DNA from: Acidimicrobiia bacterium
Lineage (GTDB): Bacteria; Actinomycetota; Acidimicrobiia; IMCC26256; JACDBD01
DNA length: 64,000 nt
NCBI GenBank assembly: GCA_050743365.1
Contig: JBOGFI010000254.1
Span: 2,473-66,472 of the forward strand
Direction of reading: 5' to 3'
Shown here piece after piece: positions 1-8,217 of the stretch. Position 1 is the first letter of the stretch. The number at the start of each line of letters is the position of its first letter. Under the pieces are notes generated by a model that saw only the letters and a list, made by a program, of their open reading frames with translations, was not told the origin of the DNA and made no database searches. Made by a program: the position numbers and the translations under genes.

Positions 1-694
1 CGGGGGCGGTGTAGGAGTAGTAGGCGGGGAACGGGCTGGTTCGGTCGCCCGCCCAGAAGCCGAAGCTGACGACCTCGTGCGTGTACGCCTCCGCTGTGAC
101 CGCGTCGACGCCCGGCCGAGCCGCCGCCCGCTTGCCCGAGAACCTGGTGACGGCGAGGTCGAAGCCGTGCCAGAAGAGGTGCACAGGGCTGGTCTTGCCG
201 CAGTACCAGCCGGCGAACTCCTCCAGCACGTCGGCGCTCCATTGCAGGACGCGGAGAAATCGGGTGACGGCGTCGGCGTCATAACTCGCGTGGTCCCGGT
301 CGGTGGGGAACGGCGTCGTGGTTGGCACGCCAAAGGGTTCGGCCCGGATGTCGACGCGCACGTCGAGGCCGTTGAGGGTGTCGGTGAGGTGACGGTGAAA
401 GTCGGCGACGGACAGCCCGTCGTGGAGCCCGAAGCCGGCCTCCGATTCGGTGGTGCGGGCCCAAAGCCGGTGGTCGACCAGATCCATCTCGATTTCCAGG
501 TTGTGGGCCTCGACCGGCATGCGCCGGGTGGTCAGACCCCGTGCCGACGGGTAGAGAGTGACGTTCCACCAGTGGTTGCGCATCGGCATGAGCGCGAGCC
601 GCGTCTTGCCGATGATCTGCGCCCACAGGTGAAGCGTGTCCTTGGTTTCCTCCCATTCGTCGAGGGGGAGTGGCGGGAGGTGGGTGTCGTCCAT
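1..694 (-). CDS. DUF5996-like protein, N-terminal part (gene continues past the window start)
   Basis: My own reverse-strand translation from ATG 694 gives MDDTHLPPLPLDEWEETKDTLHLWAQIIGKTRLALMPMRNHWWNVTLYPSARGLTT...SPVHLFWHGFDLAVTRFSGK...EAYTHEVVSFGFWAGD. It is absent from the ORF track because there is no stop in the window. The + ORF 77..862 is its antisense shadow. Confidence 0.6.
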   Translation of the reverse strand, partial: MDDTHLPPLPLDEWEETKDTLHLWAQIIGKTRLALMPMRNHWWNVTLYPSARGLTTRRMPVEAHNLEIEMDLVDHRLWARTTESEAGFGLHDGLSVADFHRHLTDTLNGLDVRVDIRAEPFGVPTTTPFPTDRDHASYDADAVTRFLRVLQWSADVLEEFAGWYCGKTSPVHLFWHGFDLAVTRFSGKRAAARPGVDAVTAEAYTHEVVSFGFWAGDRTSPFPAYYSYTAP

Positions 695-704
695 CAGATC
701 TCCC

Positions 705-1229
705 TCAACTGGTGGGGTCGGACCGGAGCGTCGTCGGGACGGGAAGGTCGTCGCGTCGCAACGCCCACGTCGGCAGCGGGGGCGGCTCGGACATGCGCCC
801 GATGTCGACGGCGGGGAAGCCGTCGATCTCGGTGCCGGCCGCGAAGCGCGAGCGTTGCTTGACGACTGCTCCGGCGCGCACCACGCAGCCGGCCCCGAGC
901 ACGCTGGTGTCACACACGATCGCTCCTGGCTCGATGACGGATCGGGCGCCGATGCGACAGCCGTGGATCATGGCCCCAGGGCCGACGATCACGCCGTCGT
1001 CGATGATGAGATCGTTGTCGGGTAGCAGGTGCAAGACGGTGTTCTCGAGGATCTGGACGTCGCTGCCGATGCGCACCGGCCCGTGGGAGTCACCGATGAT
1101 CTTGACGCCGGCGCCGATGATCGTGCGTTCACCGACGACCACGTCGCCCGTGATCTCCGCCGTGGGAAACAGGGTCGCCGACGCGGCGATGGTCGGCAGG
1201 ATGCCTCGGTACGCGTACAGCTGGTCCAT
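705..1229 (-). CDS. Hexapeptide-repeat (left-handed beta-helix) protein, gamma-carbonic-anhydrase/PaaY-like
   Basis: Frame of ORF 705..1454 trimmed to ATG 1229 (MDQLYAYRGILPTIAASATLFPTAEITGDVVVGERTIIGAGVKIIGD...MIHGCRIGARSVIEPGAIV). Imperfect hexapeptide repeats are present. It ends 8 nt before the DUF5996 start. Confidence 0.75.
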   Translation of the reverse strand: MDQLYAYRGILPTIAASATLFPTAEITGDVVVGERTIIGAGVKIIGDSHGPVRIGSDVQILENTVLHLLPDNDLIIDDGVIVGPGAMIHGCRIGARSVIEPGAIVCDTSVLGAGCVVRAGAVVKQRSRFAAGTEIDGFPAVDIGRMSEPPPLPTWALRRDDLPVPTTLRSDPTS

Positions 1230-1765
1230 CACGGTTCGCTCCTGTGTCGGTTCGACGGTGATTGCCGTCCGCGGGGGGACGGAGAGGTCGCCATCGCGTA
1301 ATGCGGCGAGGCGACGGAGATCGTCGGCGGAGCCGGATCGGATGACGCGCGCGGGCCGGCCCACGGCAACGACATCGCTCGGCAACGTCGTCCCGGCCGG
1401 AACGAGGGTGCCCTCGCCGAGGAACACGCGATTCCCGACCCGTGCGCCGGGCATGAGGATCGAGGCGTTCCCCCGATCTCGCAGAGGTCGCCCAGGGCTG
1501 CTCCGATCACCGCGCAGCGGTGGCCGAACGTGCTTCGACGCCCGATGGTCGTCGGGATCCCGGTGCTGCCGACGAGCACGGAGTTCTCGAGCACGGCCGA
1601 TCCGGTCCCGACCTCGACACCCGGGCCGTGGGAACGGACCACCGCGCCTTGGGCGAGCAGGGATCCTTCACCCAGGCGCGCCGTTCCCAACACGACCGCG
1701 GAGCCGGAGATGCGCACCGAGTCGGCTCGCACGTCGCTGAGTGCACTGCCGGGTCCGGCGCTCAC
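1230..1765 (-). pseudogene. Second hexapeptide-repeat paralog, reading frame broken at a G5 run
   Basis: GTG 1765 lies 7 nt after the marR stop and opens VSAGPGSALSDVRADSVRISGSAVVLGTARLGEG...CEIGG in the 1229..1900 frame. Recognisable sequence continues in the 705..1454 frame (NASILMPGARVGNRVFLGEGTLVPAG...AVGRPARVIR). The switch is at plus-strand C5 1470-1474, and one extra G would restore the frame. Confidence 0.55.
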
Positions 1766-1772
1766 GGGTCGC

Positions 1773-2237
1773 TCATGCCTTGTCGCGCGCGAGGTTCTCG
1801 AGCAGGCGGTCGAACACGACCGCGAGCGTCTCGAGCTCTTCGCTCGATAGCGGATTGAAGAAGTAGCGATGGATGGCCTCCGAGTGCTCCGGAGCGGCAT
1901 CTTCGACGGCGGCCGTGCCGGCGTCGGTCAGGCGCACCATCGAGCCGCGCGCATCCTCCGAGCACTCCTCGCGGGCGACGAGGCCCCGTTTCTCCATCCT
2001 TCCCACGAGATGCGACAGGCGACTGCGGTCCCAGCCGAGCTCCGTGCCGAGCTCACGCGCCCGCAGCACGCCATCGGCGGTGTGGGACAACGGCACCAGC
2101 ACCGAGTACTCGGGCCCCGACAGGCCGGCGTCGCGAAGCAACTGCTCCTGCAGCGCGCCGGACAGCTCCTGGTACAGGTCGCGATACGCCTTCCAGAGGC
2201 GTCTCTGGTGCTCGTCGAGCCGCCGCGGTCTCGCCAC
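1773..2237 (-). CDS. MarR-family transcriptional regulator
   Basis: 154 aa with a winged-helix region (GLSGPEYSVLVPLSH...LRARELGTELGWDRSRLSHLVGRMEKRGLVAREE...DARGSMVRLTDAG), typical of MarR. Divergent from pirin. Confidence 0.9.
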   Translation of the reverse strand: MARPRRLDEHQRRLWKAYRDLYQELSGALQEQLLRDAGLSGPEYSVLVPLSHTADGVLRARELGTELGWDRSRLSHLVGRMEKRGLVAREECSEDARGSMVRLTDAGTAAVEDAAPEHSEAIHRYFFNPLSSEELETLAVVFDRLLENLARDKA

Positions 2238-2257
2238 AGCACCATCGTAGGTTTTTA

Positions 2258-2298
2258 TTGACGCATCAGCAAAAAGCAGGATATTGTAGATGCGTCAT
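2258..2298. promoter_or_regulatory. Inverted repeat TTGACGCATC-N21-GATGCGTCAT in the AT-rich marR/pirin intergenic region (candidate MarR operator plus promoter)
   Basis: 9 of 10 positions are complementary between arms 2258-2267 and 2289-2298. TTGACG (2258-2263) and TATTGT (2282-2287) are spaced 18 nt apart, like -35/-10 boxes for the + strand. This is the only clearly AT-rich patch in the region. Confidence 0.45.
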
Positions 2299-2329
2299 CA
2301 AAGTGCGTCTGTGACCAGGAGCGGACCCG

Positions 2330-3301
2330 ATGCCGGCCATCACCGTCGACGACACCCTCGTGCTTCCCCGCATCCCCCGGCCCGACCCTGCGGCCTCCAC
2401 GCCTCGACCGGTCGCCGAGGTCGTCACCGCGCACCGCCAGCTCGAGGGCGCCGGGTTCAGCATCCGTCGGCCCTTCCCGGGCGAGCTGTCGATGGCCGAA
2501 TCGGACCCATTCCTGCTGCTCGACCACCTGGGGCCGCAGGTCAACGCCCCCGGGGAGGCGAAGGGCGCGCCGTGGCATCCGCACCGCGGCTTCGAGACCG
2601 TGAGCTACATCCTCGACGGCGAGATCGCCCACCACGACACCAACGGCGGCGGCGGCGTGATCGGCGAGGACGACACGCAGTGGATGACCGCAGGCGGGGG
2701 CATCCTGCACGACGAGCTGCCGACCGAGCGGATGTACCGCGCCGGCGGTCCGGCGCACGCCGTCCAGCTGTGGGTCAATCTTCCCGCGAGGCTCAAGATG
2801 ACGCCACCGCGCTACCAGGCGATCACGCGGGACGACCTTCTGCTCCTCACTTCTGACGACGGCGGTGCGCTGATCCGCCTTATCGCCGGCGACATCGCAG
2901 GATTCACCGGGCCCGGCGTCACCCACACCCCGATCGCCTATGCCCACGCGACCGTTGCCCCCGGCGCGCAGATCTCCATCCCGTGGAATCCCGCATTCAC
3001 CGCTCTGGCCTACGTCCTGACCGGCCGCGGCAGCGCCGGGCCCGAGGGTCGCCCGGTGCAGGACGGCCAACTCGTCGTGTTCGGTCCGGGCGACCATCTC
3101 GTCGTGGCGGCCGCCGGCCGGCAGGCCGAGCCGCTGGATGTACTCCTGCTGGGCGGGCTGCCGATTCGCGAAACGATCGCCCACTACGGACCCTTCGTGA
3201 TGAACACCCGCGAGGAAATCCTTCAGGCCGTCGAGGATTTCGAGGCCGGCAGGCTCGGCATTGTTCCTGCCGACCAGCTCGCGCCCCGGAACTTCGCGTG
3301 A
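2330..3301 (+). CDS. Pirin-family protein (bicupin)
   Basis: 323 aa: GAGFSIRRPFP...DPFLLLDHLGP...GAPWHPHRGFETVSYILDGEIAHHDTNGGGG...QWMTAGGGILHDE, the classic pirin N-terminal cupin metal-site pattern. Confidence 0.9.
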   Translation: MPAITVDDTLVLPRIPRPDPAASTPRPVAEVVTAHRQLEGAGFSIRRPFPGELSMAESDPFLLLDHLGPQVNAPGEAKGAPWHPHRGFETVSYILDGEIAHHDTNGGGGVIGEDDTQWMTAGGGILHDELPTERMYRAGGPAHAVQLWVNLPARLKMTPPRYQAITRDDLLLLTSDDGGALIRLIAGDIAGFTGPGVTHTPIAYAHATVAPGAQISIPWNPAFTALAYVLTGRGSAGPEGRPVQDGQLVVFGPGDHLVVAAAGRQAEPLDVLLLGGLPIRETIAHYGPFVMNTREEILQAVEDFEAGRLGIVPADQLAPRNFA

Positions 3302-3368
3302 CGGCTCAACGCGACGACCCCCGCCGAGATCGAAGTCGTCTACTGCCGTGAGGAAGGGAGTAGCCGCC

Positions 3369-3965
3369 ATGACAGATCGAAACGTCAGTGTCATCCGGAC
3401 CCACGGCGACCGCCGAATCCCGGTCGCCGGCATGTACACGATCGACAGTGCCCACACCACCGTCGAGTTCATCGGCCGGCACCTCATGATCACCAAGGTT
3501 CGCGGCCGCTTCCCGGATGTGACCGGCGAGATCACGATCGCCGAAGACCCCGAACGGTCGCACGTCGAGGTCGACATCACCGTCGCGAGCCTGAACACCG
3601 GCAATGCCGACCGCGACGCGCACATGAGAAGTCCGGACTTCTTCGACGCCGATCGCTACCCGACGATCATGTTCCGCTCAACGGAGGTGAGGGCGCGATC
3701 GGAGGACGCGTGGGAGGTGGTTGGCGACCTGACGGTGCGGGGTACGACCCGAGCCCTCACACTGCAAGTGGACTTCGACGGTGCCAACGTCTCGCCCATG
3801 GGTGATCAGCGCATCGCCTTCAGCGCCGCGGCCGACGTCGACCGAGAGGACTGGGGTCTTACCTGGAACCAGACCTTGGAGACCGGCGGGCTCCTCGTCG
3901 GCAAGAAGGCGCGCATCGAGCTGAGCGTGCAAGCCGTCGCGATGACAGACGCCGCCGCCGCCTGA
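3369..3965 (+). CDS. YceI-family periplasmic/secreted polyisoprenoid-binding-like protein
   Basis: Internal ATG 3369 of ORF 3261..3965, preceded by GGAAGGGAG. Sequence reads YTIDSAHTTVEFIGRHLMITKVRGRF...GEITI...ASLNTGNADRDAHMRSPDFFDADRYPTIMFRS...GDLTVRG. Confidence 0.9.
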   Translation: MTDRNVSVIRTHGDRRIPVAGMYTIDSAHTTVEFIGRHLMITKVRGRFPDVTGEITIAEDPERSHVEVDITVASLNTGNADRDAHMRSPDFFDADRYPTIMFRSTEVRARSEDAWEVVGDLTVRGTTRALTLQVDFDGANVSPMGDQRIAFSAAADVDREDWGLTWNQTLETGGLLVGKKARIELSVQAVAMTDAAAA

Positions 3966-4018
3966 TCCACCCGAATCGGCACCCTCGGATGCGTGCGTGA
4001 TGCCCAATAGGTGCGCAC

Positions 4019-6037
4019 CTAGCCGGTGAAGGACGGCTCGGCGTCGATCGGCACCGCCGGTCGAGCAGGGTCCAGAGCACCTCCGAGTGGTCGAGGTAGC
4101 GTCACCGTGACGCCTCCCGTTACGGGCGGCTGATCGAGGGAGCCGCGCTCGTTGAGCATTCGCTCGGCGAGGAAGTCGGCGGTTCGGCGGACGATGTGGC
4201 GCCGGTACTCGTAGGCGATGCCGTGGCCCGCGCCCGCGTAGCGGACCAGCTCGCAATGGACCCCGGCCGCCTGGGCGGCCCGGCAGCTTCCCTCTCCCGT
4301 CGCGAACGGCACGGTCCCGTCGGCGGTGCCGTGGAACACGATCGACGGCGGCTCCCCGGGCTCGGGCGCACCGAAGGTGAGGCCGGCGATCGACACCGCG
4401 GCATCGACAGTGGAGGTTGCGGGGCCGCGTTGGCCGGGGAGGTAGGCGAGGTTGAGGGCGGTGACCGCCCCAGCCGAGTAGCCACCGACCGCGATCGCGT
4501 CCGGGTCGATTCGGTACTCGTCTGCGTGCGACCGTAGCCAGCCGACGGCGGCGGTGGCGTCGTCGTACGCGTCGAAGGCGGCGGCGGCGATGCCGGCGGC
4601 GTCACCGGTCGACAAGCCCTGACGCAGGCGGTACTGGAGCGACACGGCGACGTAGCCGCGGCGCGCGAACTCCTGGGCGTAGTCGGCCATGTCGCCTTTG
4701 TCGCCGAAGATGAAGTACCCGCCGTGCATCCACACGACGACGGGCCGGCGTGTCGCGGTGTCGCCCGTCGGCTGGTAGATGTCGACGTGCAGCTGCACGC
4801 GGTTTCCCCGGTAGTCGACTGCCTCCCGGTAGACGACGTCGGCGTTGGTCTCGACGTCGTCGAAGACCGGGTCGAGGTAGCGGCCACGAGGCGCGGGCGC
4901 CGCCCCGAAATTGACGGGTACGCGTACGAGGCGGCCACGCGCGAGGTCGACGACCGCGATCTCGCACCCCGGCGGCTGCCGGCAGTCGACCGCCTCGCGC
5001 TCGAACGTCTCGAAGACGGCGACGACGAACACGCTGACCTCGAACGTCCCGGAGGCGTCGGCGATCGGGTACAGCGCCCCTTCGTCGTCGCAGCGACGCT
5101 CGGCGTCGGCAGCCTCACAGAGCCGGACCTCGACGCCGAGATCGGGCGAGAAGCCGTTTCCGCGCACGGTCACGATCGAGCCGTCCTCGATGTCGGTTGC
5201 GGGTGTCACCTCGACGCCGGGCGGAGGGAGCAGGGGGGCGTCCGGGGCGAACTGAACGTCGACGCGAGCGGCGGGAGGCGCGCTGAAACCTCCCTGGGTG
5301 GCGATCACGAGGCACGGTTGGGCGGTCGTGCGGCAGTCGATCCCGCCGGCGGGGGTCGAGACCGCGGCGAACAACGTCAGCGGCGTCGAGAAGCCACCCT
5401 GCTCGTCGGCGATTAGGAAGCGACTCGTGCCCTGCCGACAGCTGTCGAACGCGGCGGCACCCGGCGCGCACTGCAGCACCTGGACGGGACCTTCGGGGCG
5501 GAAGCCGTCGCCGTCCACGGTGACGACCTGTCCGTCGACGAGGTCGTGGCTCGGAGCCACCGCCGCGACCGGCGGTGGCAGCAGCCCGGCGTCGGCGTCG
5601 AAGGCGAGCGGAACGTGCGTAACCTCAGCGAGCGGCTGGAGGCCGCGGGACGCGACCAGCACACAGCTGCCCGCGGTCCGGCAGTCGACCGAGTCGGTCC
5701 GTGCGGTGTCGATCACCGCGGCGAGCGTGAAGGACGCCGTGAACGAGCTGTCGGCGTCGACCCCGTGGAACCTCTCGGTCGACCAGTCGCAGTCGTCGCC
5801 GTCGACCGGCGACGTCACACACTGCACCAGGCTCACCGTGCTCTCGGGCACGAACCCGGTGCCGGTCACCCTCACGAGTTGTCCGTCGACGAGGTCGGTG
5901 GCGGGTTCGATGACGACGGCTTCCGTGTCGGCACCCGCGGGAGAGATCGACGATGCCGAGAGTCCCACGGCGAGCACCGAGGCCACCCGCCACAGGGCTC
6001 GCACGAGTCCCCCTCCCGACACGATCCGGCGGAGCAT
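4019..6037 (-). CDS. Secreted protein: signal peptide, 3 tandem neocarzinostatin-apoprotein-like 4-Cys repeats, and an alpha/beta-hydrolase (esterase/lipase) domain
   Basis: 672 aa. There are three repeats of about 115 aa with the pattern V.P...L.DG..V.V.G.GF...QC....C....G.F.....VDC....C.V. The C-terminal domain carries an oxyanion HGG (VVVWMHGGYF), the nucleophile elbow GGYSAGA, and FHGTADG/AGHGI. Confidence 0.8.
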   Translation of the reverse strand: MLRRIVSGGGLVRALWRVASVLAVGLSASSISPAGADTEAVVIEPATDLVDGQLVRVTGTGFVPESTVSLVQCVTSPVDGDDCDWSTERFHGVDADSSFTASFTLAAVIDTARTDSVDCRTAGSCVLVASRGLQPLAEVTHVPLAFDADAGLLPPPVAAVAPSHDLVDGQVVTVDGDGFRPEGPVQVLQCAPGAAAFDSCRQGTSRFLIADEQGGFSTPLTLFAAVSTPAGGIDCRTTAQPCLVIATQGGFSAPPAARVDVQFAPDAPLLPPPGVEVTPATDIEDGSIVTVRGNGFSPDLGVEVRLCEAADAERRCDDEGALYPIADASGTFEVSVFVVAVFETFEREAVDCRQPPGCEIAVVDLARGRLVRVPVNFGAAPAPRGRYLDPVFDDVETNADVVYREAVDYRGNRVQLHVDIYQPTGDTATRRPVVVWMHGGYFIFGDKGDMADYAQEFARRGYVAVSLQYRLRQGLSTGDAAGIAAAAFDAYDDATAAVGWLRSHADEYRIDPDAIAVGGYSAGAVTALNLAYLPGQRGPATSTVDAAVSIAGLTFGAPEPGEPPSIVFHGTADGTVPFATGEGSCRAAQAAGVHCELVRYAGAGHGIAYEYRRHIVRRTADFLAERMLNERGSLDQPPVTGGVTVTLPRPLGGALDPARPAVPIDAEPSFTG

Positions 6038-6100
6038 ACCTGTGCCTCGACTACGCAGCTGTCACCGGCGGCATCGGTGCGACGGGATCGGTCACACCGA

Positions 6101-6421
6101 TCAGGCGGCGAACTCGGACTGCTCGAATCCGCCGAGCTTCCCGAGCCCGCGGAAAAGGTGGCTGGTGCCGTCGGTGGTGGTCAGGATGGCACGGCCCTCG
6201 AAGACGCGGTCCTCGTCGTCGCCGCGCGACTCGAGCCGAAGGCGGTACTCGCCCTGCACGAGCCAGCGCTTCTCGTCGCCGTGCGCCGACACCTCCCAGT
6301 CGAACAGGCCGATCTCGGCCTCGCTGGCGTCGTCGCGCCGGACCACGAGGCTGGCCTGACGCACCTGCACGGGCTGGTCGTCGACGAAGACGCGATCCAC
6401 CGAGAAGGTCTTCGTGGGCAT
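6101..6421 (-). CDS. Hypothetical small protein (106 aa)
   Basis: High third-position GC throughout and no recognisable motif. It lies between the hydroxylase-family gene and the repeat esterase on the same strand. Confidence 0.6.
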   Translation of the reverse strand: MPTKTFSVDRVFVDDQPVQVRQASLVVRRDDASEAEIGLFDWEVSAHGDEKRWLVQGEYRLRLESRGDDEDRVFEGRAILTTTDGTSHLFRGLGKLGGFEQSEFAA

Positions 6422-6430
6422 GCGCCCAGG

Positions 6431-7285
6431 CTACGACGGGTCGAGCACTGCCTCGCGCCGGCGGAAGGGGTACCCGATCTGCCCGACGTAGCCCGACGGC
6501 ACCGGTTCGGGGGTGCCGTACGCCGCCGGCCACCTTCTCGGAGGGAGGTGGCAGGTGCCGAACAGCACGTCGAAGACGGGCAGCAGCGGCGCGTAGTTCT
6601 TGTTGATCGCGCCCGGCTCGTCGGCGTGGTGCCAGTGATGGAAGTGGGGCGACGCGATGATCCACCGCAGCGGGCCGAAACGGACCCGCATGTTGGCGTG
6701 CTCGAGGAACGACCAGAAGTAGTAGACGACGAGGTAGATCGCCACCCATGTCGCGGAGAAGCCCAATGCGAAGACCGGGATGATGAACAGCTTGCGGATC
6801 GCTCCGTCCACTGGGTGGGTCCGTTGCGTGGAGAGCCAGTCGAGCTGCGGACTGCTGTGGTGCACCGCGTGGAACCGCCAGAGGAACGGCACCTCGTGCT
6901 CGATCCGGTGCGACCAGTACATGCCGAGCTCGCTCAACAAGAACGTCCCGACGAGCTGCACGAGAGCGGGCTGGGCGGCGATGGTCACGCGCAGGCCCGA
7001 CGGCACGGCCCCACGCAGCATCGTACCGACCGTCGCGAAGAGGACGGCGACGAGCAACGCGCCCGGAAGCACGTTCAGGAAGAAGTGGGCGGCGTCACAC
7101 GCCCATCCCGCGCGAAAGATGCGCTGAGGTCGCAGCGCGAACCGGCTCTCGAGCAGGCCGAACAACGGGAACAGCACGACGAAGCTCACCGCAACGTCTG
7201 GGTAGCGGATCATGACCGGCACGGCCAGCCCGGCAGCGGCCAGCGCGACCACCACCCGGCTCTTGCGACGGCGCGACTGGTTCAC
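6431..7285 (-). CDS. Fatty-acid hydroxylase / sterol desaturase-family membrane protein
   Basis: C-terminal part of ORF 6431..7933. Histidine boxes are present: HRIEHE, HAVHHS, HFHHWHH, and there are multiple TM segments. The start is set at GTG 7285, 14 nt after the tadC stop, with ATG 7213 as an alternative. The upstream part of the ORF overlaps tadC and is spurious. Confidence 0.8.
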   Translation of the reverse strand: MNQSRRRKSRVVVALAAAGLAVPVMIRYPDVAVSFVVLFPLFGLLESRFALRPQRIFRAGWACDAAHFFLNVLPGALLVAVLFATVGTMLRGAVPSGLRVTIAAQPALVQLVGTFLLSELGMYWSHRIEHEVPFLWRFHAVHHSSPQLDWLSTQRTHPVDGAIRKLFIIPVFALGFSATWVAIYLVVYYFWSFLEHANMRVRFGPLRWIIASPHFHHWHHADEPGAINKNYAPLLPVFDVLFGTCHLPPRRWPAAYGTPEPVPSGYVGQIGYPFRRREAVLDPS

Positions 7286-7299
7286 CGCTTCGCGCCTAG

Positions 7300-8214
7300 T
7301 CAGCCGCCGAAGCCCGTTTCGGAGATCCTGATCGCGGCCGGGCCCATCAGCACGATGAACAGGGCCGGCAGGATGCAGAGCACGAGCGGCATCACGATCT
7401 TCACCGGGACCTTCATCGCCTGCTCCTCGGCGGCCTGCTTGCGCTTCTCGCGCAGCTCGCCCGACTGCACCCGCAGGATGCGGGCGATGGGCACGCCGTA
7501 CTTCTCGGCCTGCACGACCGCGTGGACGAAGGTGCGGAGGTCGGGCACGTCGGTGCGCTCGACGAGGTGCTTGAGGGCGGTGGCGCGCGGAACGCCGAGC
7601 TGCACGTCCTGGAGCGTGCGTGAGAGCTCGTCGGCCAGCGGGCCCGCGCGGCTGCGGGAGGCGCGCGCCATAGCGGGCTCGAAGGCGAGGCCGGCCTCGA
7701 CGCTGATCGTGATCTGGTCGAGCGTGTCGGCCAGCTCCTTGCGGAGGATCTCCTGGCGGGAGGTCGCCTTGTGGTAAAGGAGGAAGTCGGGGGCGAAGTA
7801 GCCAACCGCCACGATCATCAGCGCGAGCAGCAAGGACGTCGCCGAGGGGACCGTCACCAGCCGCACCAGCCCGAGGAACGCGCCCACCGAGCCCAGCACC
7901 ACCTTGAGCGCGAGCACCCGCTCGATCGGCCATTCCGCCCCGGCGCCGGCCAGGTCGATCCGCCGCTCGAGGCTCGTGACCAGGCCGGCCGGCGTGAGAC
8001 GGCGGGCCCGCCGGGCCAAGGCCTCCGCGCCCGGGCGCACCACGCGCTCACGCGCCGAGCGCTGGAGCACGAGCTGGCGCAGGTCGGTCATCGCCTCCTC
8101 GGGCTTCAGCTTGGTCTTGACCTTCTTGGGCCGCGCCCGGCGGGCGCCGGCGATCGACCACACGAGCAGCGGTACCGACGTCGCCACTGCTCCCGATGCG
8201 AGAACGACTTCCAT
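7300..8214 (-). CDS. tadC: Tad pilus platform protein TadC (T2SSF family)
   Basis: 304 aa with an N-terminal TM, a cytoplasmic T2SSF domain (LADTLDQITISVEAGLAFEPAM...LSRTLQDVQLGVPRATALKHLVERT...FVHAVVQAEKYGVPIARILRVQS) and C-terminal TMs. It follows tadB. Confidence 0.85.
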   Translation of the reverse strand: MEVVLASGAVATSVPLLVWSIAGARRARPKKVKTKLKPEEAMTDLRQLVLQRSARERVVRPGAEALARRARRLTPAGLVTSLERRIDLAGAGAEWPIERVLALKVVLGSVGAFLGLVRLVTVPSATSLLLALMIVAVGYFAPDFLLYHKATSRQEILRKELADTLDQITISVEAGLAFEPAMARASRSRAGPLADELSRTLQDVQLGVPRATALKHLVERTDVPDLRTFVHAVVQAEKYGVPIARILRVQSGELREKRKQAAEEQAMKVPVKIVMPLVLCILPALFIVLMGPAAIRISETGFGG

Positions 8215-8217
8215 GAC

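Noticed and set aside
77-862. 261-aa + strand ORF at the window start
   Set aside because: It is the antisense shadow of a well-patterned minus-strand DUF5996-like gene (1-694). Its translation is V/E/G/R-rich with no motif.
5546-7777. Very long alternative-frame or antisense ORFs: 5546..7777 +, 9028..11217 +, 10242..12062 +, 19126..22809 -, 24619..27627 +, 34168..35850 +, 2255..3625 -, 47691..49247 -
   Set aside because: All overlap genes with clear family signatures on the other strand or frame. Their translations are Arg/Pro/Gly/Ala low-complexity, as expected for stop-poor off-frames in very GC-rich DNA.
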